Below are positions 12,747 to 23,100 of a DNA stretch of 64,000 nucleotides, one piece after another. Each line of letters begins with the position of its first letter. Positions within the stretch are counted from its first letter, which is position 1. A program made the position numbers and the translations under genes. The notes beneath the pieces are model-generated. The model searched no databases and had not been told where the DNA came from. It saw nothing but the letters and a program-made list of their open reading frames with translations. This stretch comes from Mytilus californianus. Its lineage: Eukaryota. The stretch spans positions 43,090,001-43,154,000 of the forward strand of contig NW_026262604.1 of NCBI RefSeq assembly GCF_021869535.1, written 5' to 3'.

Positions 12747-13470
12747 ATGTCGGCGGACTATTTGGTTGTCGGATGTGGTCTTTCGGGTGCAGTAATGGCC
12801 AGATTCATGGCTGAAGAAAGAAATAAGAAAGTTCTGATTGTAGACAAAAGAGATCACATTGGCGGAAACTGCTATTATTACATCGATGAAAACGGAATAC
12901 GAATTAATAAATATGGCGTACATTTGTTTTATGCAAATAGCGAAAGAGTATGGAAACACGTAAACTGTTTTTCTAACTGTACAAGATGGGAACACAAAGT
13001 TTTAGGGGTAATTGATGGACATTACATACCCTTGCCCCCTAACATAAAAACTATTAATATGTTATGAGGACAACATTTAACAAATCAACATGAGGTAGAT
13101 GACTGGTTGTCCCGAAACCAATTGAAGCATGAACATATTGAAAATGGATATCAGATGGCCACGTCAAGGGTAGGCGTTACCCTGTATGAAGAAATATTTA
13201 AGCATTATACATACAAACAATGGGGAAGGTACCCAGAGGAATTAGATGCATCAGTTTTAGCTAGAATACCAGTAAGAAATAATTTGGATGACTGTTACTT
13301 CAGTGACAAATAACAAGCACTTTGTACTGATGGTTATAACAGTACGCCTGTCACGTGATTGTTTTGACATTGATCCTTCAACTGTATCCAACAGTACAAT
13401 TATATATTCTGGACCTATTGATGATTTCTTCACAGATATTGGATATCCCAAATTAGAATATCGATCCGTC
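12747..13470 (+). pseudogene. glf: UDP-galactopyranose mutase (prokaryote-type), intronless, disrupted and 3'-truncated
   Basis: VVGCGLSG FAD motif, DKRDHIGGNC, YGVHLF, PLPPNIKTIN, YTYKQWG, LARIPVR, YFSDK, IIYSGPID and KLEYRS occur in UGM order. TGA at 13065-67, TAA at 13311-13, a deletion/frameshift near 13337, and homology is lost after RSV. Confidence 0.92.
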
Positions 13471-16182
13471 TGTATGTGAATGCTATAAATTTGTGTGAGA
13501 TAAGATCTTTTCTGAAACAGGATCTTTAAGACAATTCACTATAAACAATCATTGTGTATTTTGCGGTAATTATAGAGATTGATGCTTTAAAGCTACCGGT
13601 ATGGATAATCAAAATAAAAAAAAAGTACAGTTTGTTAATGTCGAAGATACTTAAAGCGATAAAAATTGTATTTAGAATTAGAATGTTTGCAAAAAGTAGT
13701 AGCACTAGACATTTTGTGTCTATCAATTGGTTTAATCGTTGAAACTTGTAAATCGAATACTGACATCTCTAGAATGGCAGTGTTGCACCCGTTGTAAGTA
13801 AATCTAACAATTTGATACAAGTACATATGCTATTCTTCAAATGCATGAACAGTTTTGCATTTAGTATCAGTCGTATAGTGACACAGTGACAGACATCTTT
13901 ACAAAGTTCCAACAATAAAGTAACAAAATCGGCAAACTTTTCTTTTCATATCCTTGCTAAAATTTCTGGATTTTTTGTCTCTCCTAACTTGATACCTCAT
14001 TGCTTATATAATACGATGTCATATGCGAGAGTTCATTAAATGTTTCCTGATGTAAACTGGATGTAACAAATGGTTAAAACCAAGCTTCACAATCATTTTT
14101 ACAATTATAGCTTTAAAATGTATTAATAACTGCACATGCACTAAGTAATCAAACAATCGCATTTATAAAAATTGACAAATTTTGACTAAGAATTGTTGAT
14201 AACCTCTATGAAAGAGATGTCTTAGAATTTTAAACATGTATTTACCGCAAACCGCGATTATTTACACAAAAAACAAAACGACTTTTATAATGACAGTCCA
14301 TAGTGAAATATCATTTATTTGACGATATCTTTTATTTTTTTGAATGCTAGCAAAGATTTGTTAAAATAGCAACAGACAAAATAATTACAGGATTTATCTA
14401 CAGAAAAATTGACAAACAGTCGAATTTCTCTAATAAGATTATACTGATGTTTCGAATAAAAAGTCGAACATTATGACTGTCAACGGAGACAAACTGATCA
14501 AACCAGATCATGAGTACAATCAAGGGGCCTAAACCAGTATGAAAGTTCCCTTAGGCTAGTAAAATAATTAAACATATTTCGAAGTTTATCGTCAAGAAGA
14601 TGTGGTATGAATGCCAATGCGACAACTATCAACCATATCCAACTGTGAACAACGTTCGGTCAGAGTACAGTTTACCATATTAAACTTTGTACCGAAAAGG
14701 GATAAGATCGTCAACATTTGAAAAAGCTCGAGTACAAAAAGCAAAAGTGTGAGTTTAATTTTTGCCGGAGGCAAAAATATACAAAACAAATACAATGTTA
14801 CAATACCTGTTGTTTCATTATAAAAATCAGAAAAAATCGCGTTTTTAAGGTAAATATAAGGGTAAAAAGGTATCTTTATTAAATATAACATAATACTTAA
14901 ATATATACAATGTGTCGAAACAATTGATTTTCCGTAGAAGATGTGGCGCTACCAGGCCTATTTGCTGTTGATTTGAGCTTTAAAAAATGCAACTATAAAT
15001 ATTTCAAATGTTCCTTTTGGAGATCATCGGAAAATTTGTTTAGCGTTACAACAAGCACTGAACACTGAGCAAGAATTGTTTCATTGTGAAATCTAATTTC
15101 TTTGAAATTGTATAATTATTGTATTTTTATGCATTCATCTTCTAATCCTGTTTTCTTTTCTACTCCTGGATTCACAAAATGTCAACAAGGGCTTCATTTT
15201 GTTTTGTCTTTAGTGCACAGTGATTTTCTTTCACGAAGTAAGAAACCACTGTCTTGATTTTCCGTTACTTTTGCTATAAAGTATGTATTCGAATATATGA
15301 TGTCATTAAGTATGTTTTGATAGCGGATCTCAAGGACATGTGACAGGTATGTTAATGAGACAGCAAAAAGAGGACAGGAAAACGAAAAAAGCAACTAGTG
15401 AGCAGCTTATGGCCGTCAACAAGAGGCATGTCTATTTTGATAACAAATTATGGAATAAACTGAATAAGACATCTTTTACTACAGTTACTGTAATATCAGG
15501 TCATGCCAAAAAGTCTATAAATTATGTGTCTGTTTTTAACCTTATGGTACGTTACAACCTGTAATGCTTAATATCGATCAGGTTTTTTGTGTCGTGTTCT
15601 CGATATGGAAAAGCTTTGTTTTTTGAAGGATTGAGACATGTAAGAATACGCGATTCGAAAAATCCCACTGCGTATAGTATCATGTTAGTTATTTCCTGAA
15701 AATTTAAACTAGTTTTAAAGAGCTCGAAAGAGTTTTACAGGAAAAGTTTTACGACTGATGATATCTATTTTGATGCAACAATAGAAATTTCAACAAGTAA
15801 TTTGTAAATGATGTGTTTATTGATGATGGGTGCAAAAATCTGTATTAAACTGAACCTTAAACATGACAAAAACTATGAATAAATGTCATAATCGGAAAGG
15901 ACCTTGGTTTTCAATGGTCTTAGTCGATTAATGAGATTTGAGCATACCTGACAACTGTAAACTTAAATCTAAGATCAGGTAATAGAGTGGAACGCTCTAA
16001 GGATCACTGTTATGCATATTGAATGTCCTTTTGGTATATTCGCATCTGTTTTAAAGCAGTCCCGAACATTTGTGAAAGAAACGTGTCAAGATAAATGTAT
16101 CCTAAACATATTACAATCTGTTTTTTTATGTTTAAAATGTGAATATCAAAATATCTATCTCGTTTTATCAAGAATATACGTA

Positions 16183-16873
16183 GGACTCTGAACCGCGATG
16201 GTCACGCTGATGTGCGATGGTTTGACGCTGACGTGCAATTGATTACATAAATCATATTTTTTTAATGTTTTTCATGTTTACATTTCAATGTAGAATTCAA
16301 TTGATTGTTAGAAGTAGCTTTTCGTTTTTTTTATGTAAAACATTGAGAGTTTAACCGTTTAATTTAAAACAGTCATTGTATTTCCAGTCCCCACTGAATG
16401 TAACTTTGTTGTGTACATTATACTTTGTAAATAGCTTAGACAAAACAAAAAGCAGCCGTTCATTTAATCGATCAGAAATTGACGCTTCTATTTTTTTAAA
16501 CGCAGTACTAATTGCAATGATAACAAAAAAGATGGGTTAGTTGTTAGTTGAAATGCAAATACGTCATAGTTAGTCAGAACGAAACAAATTAAGCGAAAAA
16601 TGTATACTGCTGTTATTAATAAAAACAAGGAATAAGATAGATCACCGATGTCTTTTAGTGCAACTGAAGAAAATGTTTAATGTTTGGTATTTATATACAA
16701 ACTTATAAAAAATCAAGCTCTCATGATAAATGAACATCTCTAAATTGTAAACTAGCCATCACACGTCTTATAGACCATCGAACATGAGCGAAAGGACCAT
16801 TGCACTTCGGCGTAGACGATCGCACTTCAGCGTGACCATCGCACTTCAGCGTCCCCATCGCACCTCTGAGTCA
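16183..16873. mobile_element. MITE-like TIR element with subterminal 19-bp repeats and probable TA TSD
   Basis: Left GACTCTGAACCGCGATGGTCACGCTGATGTGCGATGG; right end reverse-complements to GACTCAGAGGTGCGATGGGGACGCTGAAGTGCGATGGTCACGCTGAAG. TA flanks at 16181-82 and 16874-75. Confidence 0.7.
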
Positions 16874-16910
16874 TACATATATACACAACATTTGTACTGA
16901 AATCGATCAG

Positions 16911-17143
16911 TCATTGATTCATGTAAACCTCATCGTCTAGTTCATCCAATTCATTATATCCATGTTCCGTACAAATTTCGTAGTCACCAAAAAAGTGGGA
17001 TATATACTCAAATGTTATTCGAGCATCGGGGTCTTTAGACCAGCAATCTATGGCATGATCATAAATAGCTTCCGGACAACAATCAGGTTTTATGTGCCTT
17101 AAATCCCCTTTTATTCTGTTAAATATCTCTGGATCTTTCAAGC
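16911..17143 (-). CDS. Kinase last exon: subdomains X-XI and Tyr tail
   Basis: Acceptor TTTTTCAG|GC; CWSKDPDARITFEYI..FGDY...TEHGYNELDELDDEVYMNQ*. Confidence 0.92.
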
Positions 17144-20100
17144 CTGAAAAATAAACAAGAATATTAATATTACTAAATGATATTTTTTATGGCATGTTAG
17201 ATTAGTATTTGTTAAGATTAGATAAGATTAGAAAACGAATGTAAATCATAATTTTAACAATGTATTTAAACAAAATCTGCAATAACATTGGTTCAGATTA
17301 TTGATTTATATTGTTTTATTTCAGACAGGTAATTTGATATCTTGGTAACCTACGTTGTAAGGCGTTTTAAAAAAAGCGACCCTAAAATACAAATTAATGA
17401 ACAGTTGTTTGCTGTGCAAGCATATCGGGCACGCTTAGTTGTTTAAAAACAGTATATTACACTCTAATGATCATACATGTACCATCTGTGTTCAGGGTAT
17501 CATTCGCTTTCATTCACTAACCTATCGTGTATGTTGGCAATTATATTAAGACAATGCCCTCCTTGAAGTATATTAAAGAGCTTTCCGCGTCAGATCTTAT
17601 GCATCTAGAACTAAAAGACATTGAAAAAAATGTACAATTTGCCATAAAATGTGGGGAGCTATGAGATCAAGTATAATTTTTAATAACAGATGACACATTA
17701 TAGATGAACAGTATCCTGTTGTGAGTAAATTCATTTTAAGTCGGAATTTTGGCTTTCGCATTGTTCGTGAAAGGTTAATTCGTTCGATTCCTTTCTTAAG
17801 GTCCTTTTTTAAATGCTACTTGTCAATATAGAAAAAAAAAACTGATCAACCATATAAGGCTTAAAATTTGGTACGCCACGAGCGCTTTTTATCTCCAAAA
17901 AAAATCCTCAGTCAGGCTCGAATAAATTAAAGTTATCCAAACAGGTTTGACAAATATATTCAACATTATTACATACCATATGTTCTTCTGTTTATAATTA
18001 GTCGTAGGTTTATGAAGTTGTTGTTTTGACAGTTCAGTGAAATGCAATTCAATTTTCTTTGTTCTATTAAATTTGATATCAGATTAAGCATCTACTTCTC
18101 ATATGTTCAATGGTTTTTCGGATATTTTAATGTCAAATAAAATAAATGTTTTATGTTGAATTACTCGAAATACTGTTTGTCTACCACTAGTCATATATTG
18201 CCTTAGTCGTATTTGGTACAATTGTCGGAATTTGCGTTTTAAATGCTCTTCAACTTTGTTTGTGATGTGGCCTTCCAGTTTTTTTTTCGAGTGCCACTGA
18301 TGAGTTTCATGGAGAGTAGTACTTTTGATAAGCTTTTTCGTCATCATTTCGTTATCATGTAACTGAACTTTGGTGAAGGGTAGATTTTTGTGCTATTTTA
18401 CATGGTACGTTACCCACAAAAAAGTGTTTTGCAATTAGAAAGTGTATGCATTAAATCCTATAACAAAGATATATGAAAATAATATGCCTAAATACACTGC
18501 AATTTCTTACCAATTCAATACCGTTACCTTATTTGTTTTTTTTTACCAAGAACATATAATTCTTAATTTAATCTGTCATCTGGACACTTTACCTTCATAC
18601 GGTATTTTGCAATGTCCGAACACTTCCATTAAAAGTATTCCAAAAGACCAGACATCAGATTTGGTAGTCGCCTTTTCCCCTTCAATTATCTCTTGCGCTA
18701 ACCATCGAACCGGTGGAATAGTGCCTACATATAGTTAAATAACATGATATTTAAATGACAGCAACTAACCGTGTACTACTTTTAATCTTTGATCTTTGAC
18801 TACAATGGATTCAATAATATTGCGTTAAATTCAAGTTGGAATCAAAATTAATGGCTGCTTAATGTATCAGCCAACATATCGATTAATTGATTGGTTTTTA
18901 ACGCAAGTTTTAGCACTATTGGCTATAAGATGTCGGTAATTTTTTATTGAAGAAGGAAGCTGGGGTGCCCGGAGAAAATCACCAACATTTGGCAGGCAAA
19001 CTGATAATCCTTGTAAATTTGTATGGAGTCCAGGGATAATTTAATAGACATACGCAACTCATTGATATCCTGAAATGATAGTTCTATTGGTAATAGTAAA
19101 AGATCAATGATAAGTTGATATTGAAATTACAAGACCTCCAATCATGTCTTATTAACATATTAACAGCTTGTGTATAAATATAGGAAGATGTGGTATGAGT
19201 GCCAATGAGACAACTCTCCATCCATGTTACAATTTATAAAAGTAAACCATTATAGGTGCATGTATGATCAGATATATTTTTGATACTTACAATATTATAC
19301 CTATCATTTGATTTAATTAAAGCGTCACTTGTCACTTGTAAGTCTTTTGTAGACACGATGCGCATCTAGGGTGCAACATTATTATGAGCCTGGTATCTTT
19401 GATGAATTTTGATCATACTGGACGTGCCATGTATGCAGTAAACGGTCGTCAACTAGTGACTAAGCGGACATACAAATTAAACGCGTTCAATCGGATACAC
19501 ATTCGCAGTTCAATTTTAAACGTTATCATTCTGAATGCGGTAATTGGAGAAATCACACGCAATATGGGCAACCGGTGAATAAGTAGCTTTAGTTTATGTT
19601 ATGTTTTGTCAGCACCAAACTGTACCATGATTTTTATCGTCTTTATTGATATCAGAGATCTTATTATCAGTCAAAATGGTATAGCTATACAAAATTATGT
19701 AAACTAAAGACGTTTAGCATCAACAATAAGACGGTCTATGTTGTGACCTTTGCAATTTTATATTCAAGCTCGTGTAGATGTTACTTACGCCTTCGTTTGT
19801 GATCTATTGTATGGTCATTTGTCATATGCGCAAACTTGAACCCACAGACTTTTGGGTTCCAATTTGATCCAAATAATATATTGGCTGCTCTCAAATCGGA
19901 ATGAATGATCTCTCTGGTTCCTAGAAAATCCATTCCTTTTGCAATCTAAAATAAACCGTATAAAATGTAAAACGCATGGTTTGTTTTCTATATTGTTAGA
20001 ATTCTCTTTGGCCGTGAACGAATTCATGAATGCGGTAAAAGATGTTAAATCAACATAAAAAAGGTAGGTTTGTTTACATTAACCCCGAAAACTGTTATAT

Positions 20101-23100
20101 TCCGGCGATTTTTTTTGACAGACTATTAGCACAGACTTATTTAAGTTACTTACTAGTTTACATATATATTCCACCCCTGCATCGACATGACCAAGTGTGT
20201 TATGATAGTTCTCTGTTCAAGATAGTTTAGAATTTTAATGTAAGGCTTGCTGAGCTCTTGAAATATTTAAAATTTAAATATTAAGAGTGGAGAAAGATCG
20301 TAATATACGAGATATATATAGTGGTGGAATATGTTTCTCTAATGAGTTTTAGGCGATATCCAAACAAATTTTATCCTTTCTATACAAAGGTTTGAGGAAA
20401 GTTGTGTTCTTCTTATTATGACGTCATCAGGTATTGTCGCCTTTTTTTCATGACGCTACAATAGGAACTTCAGAAGAAATAAAAAAAAAAAGATTGACAT
20501 TATAATTGACATTCGACCAATTATTTGCCGAAAAACAAAGTTTTCTTTAGACATGAGAAAGATTTGTTTTCAAACCGATCATGAAAAGTGAAAATAGCAT
20601 GAAATTAGAGAAATATAGATTCCATCACTGCAACAAATGTGTTACGATATTTCTCCGCTCGAGACATTTAAATTTTAATATTCAAAGCTCGAATCTTGCC
20701 GAGCTTTTTGAATGATTATAATTTAGCTGTTGAGAGTGGAGAAATATCGTAATACACGAGTTAGTGGTGGAATATGTTTCTCTCATGATTTTTATCCTTC
20801 TTTTTCAAAGATTTGCAGAAAGTTGTGTTTTTATATGTGACGTCATCAGGCATGGTCGCCTAAGAAAATTTCACGTCATAATTAAATTTCGACAAATCAT
20901 TTGCCGAGAACAGATATTTCATTAGTTAGGAGAAATATTATTCTCACACCGATCAAGAAATTTGAAAATAGCACAAACATTAGAGAAATCCATATTCAAT
21001 TCTGCTGTTTACAAACATCGTGAAGTATCCGATAATGCGACCTCATCGACTTTATTTCACAGAACTTTATGTAAAACTTCTTACTCTAGTAATGTCCATA
21101 GGAACTCAGAAATGTTTGTGTATTACAACAACAAACGATTTAGTAGAAAAATACATCAGTCATTACAATATACATCTCGAGAAAATAATGAAGAACATAA
21201 ATATTGCACATTCTGTTTAAGGCGTCAACTACGTACTTGTTACCATAAATGAATGATCTGTGTAGTAATATAGACAAAGAAGACAATAGAAAATACGGTA
21301 AGATTGATAGAAAAAAACACGTCAAAACATAATTTGTTTGTAACAGAAAAAAAATATATACACTATTACTTTCACCTTAGATGTCATTTCAGTCATATTC
21401 CTCATAGATGTGTCCATTGATGTATGTTCATCTAATAAAATCTGATTTAAGCTATATTCCGTAAGATATTCCATGACTAGAGATACTGGATGTTGCTCTG
21501 TGCTTACTCCTATCATTTTGATGACGTTCTCGTGAGATGATCCCTTTAATATGTGAGCTTCTTTCAGAAAGGAGACGTGGTTATTATCAACGTTTTTCTT
21601 CACGGCTACTGTAGATCCTTGAAAAGTTGCTGTAAATAAGAAGTCAAAATGTTTAGCAGCTCCAATGATTTTTGGGATTTGATGGAATACAATTTGTGTG
21701 TGTGTGTGTGTGTGTGTGTTTAATTAGTAACTTGTATTGGAAATAATAGTTAAGTGCACATCATACAATGCATAAATTGATTGAGAAGAAGCGATTGTCT
21801 TTCAGATTCGGGAAAATAACTCTATATAGGTTTGAGATATTTTTTGATTTGACGTTTTCTGATATTAGTCTAAACAAAATTACTAGACAATCGCATTTCC
21901 AATAAACTGTCGTTCAGATTTTTCCAATTTAATTCAAAAATGTTAAAAATATATATTAGATTAGCACTAATCCAGGTTATAATATTCGGAAGCACGAAAT
22001 GTATAAAGTTTTCTTTCATTATGCATTGGCAAGAAAACTAAATTTACATTGTGTACTCCAGTTCTTGAAAATGTCTTTTTTAGAGAAAGTTAAATAAAAT
22101 AAAAAACGCAACGACTCTTTGAGATGACATAATAGAAATTGAATCTTAAATGACTTGATTGTTTAAAGTAACATGGGCTATTTCCAATTTTCTACAGCAA
22201 GATTGGTGACTTTCCTAAGTACATCCCCTTTTTTCACATTTTCTTTGTCAACATACTTCTTGTATGTTATCGATAGCTACCATCAACAAAATTGCAAGAA
22301 AATATGAGACCATGCGTGCCGCTACTTGGTTGGTGATTCCAGAGATTTGCTATTTAATATATATATTTGCATGCAACAATTGAAGGGTCTCCTGCGTGAC
22401 TTTGATGCAGACTGTTTGATGATCAGCTAAAATCTGATCAGCAGACTTAAATAAGTCATTGCATAAACATTTTAGTCATACATAAAGTTAAAAAAGTTGA
22501 CACTGTTTGGTAGATAATTATCCCCATGGTAATCATACCTCATTTCTGTATGTTCCTATTACAGATTAATGACTTTAATTTATTGTACGATTATTTCACA
22601 TGTTATATATTATTTTATTTAAACATTCCTTTCAATATGAACTGTTTTAAATTAACAATTGTTCGTTTAAACGTACCTTTCCAAACTCGCCCTGAATAAA
22701 CAGCCTTTACAAACCGATCAAGAGATGATCTTTTGATATCAGGAAACCATCCTACAGTGATACAATCGAACAGTAATTGGCCATGTTTTAAATGCACTAA
22801 TCACTGGCATTTTATTCAACAATATACTATGATTTAAAGATATAGATTTGAGAACTTTCACAGATAATAAAGCACTTTGCAATAAACTATGTGCGGAATG
22901 TGTGTTTCAACAAAATAATCATGGGATAATTATTCGATTCTACAAAAAAGAAATATTAGTATTAAAGCTGGTACATTTTTCCCTTTACAAACAACATTTC
23001 TAAACAATATTTCGGATGTACATTGATAAAATATTATGTATTTGTAGTGGATTTATGTTTTGATAAGGCAAACATCTGGGGGGAAAACACGCATAAATAA

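Noticed and set aside
1575-13470. Functional link between the C-type lectin and the neighbouring glf pseudogene
   Set aside because: They lie on opposite strands, adjacency is weak evidence in animal genomes, EPN does not suggest Galf binding, and glf is dead.
12747-13470. Bacterial contamination
   Set aside because: The gene is decayed and contiguous with host repeats and spliced genes, with no neighbouring operon genes. Long reads are still needed to exclude a chimera fully.
13471-13850. Continuation of the glf C-terminus
   Set aside because: No PYYP, GRLA or YxYxNMD motifs were found in any frame; the KTIHYKQ stretch is too weak to accept.
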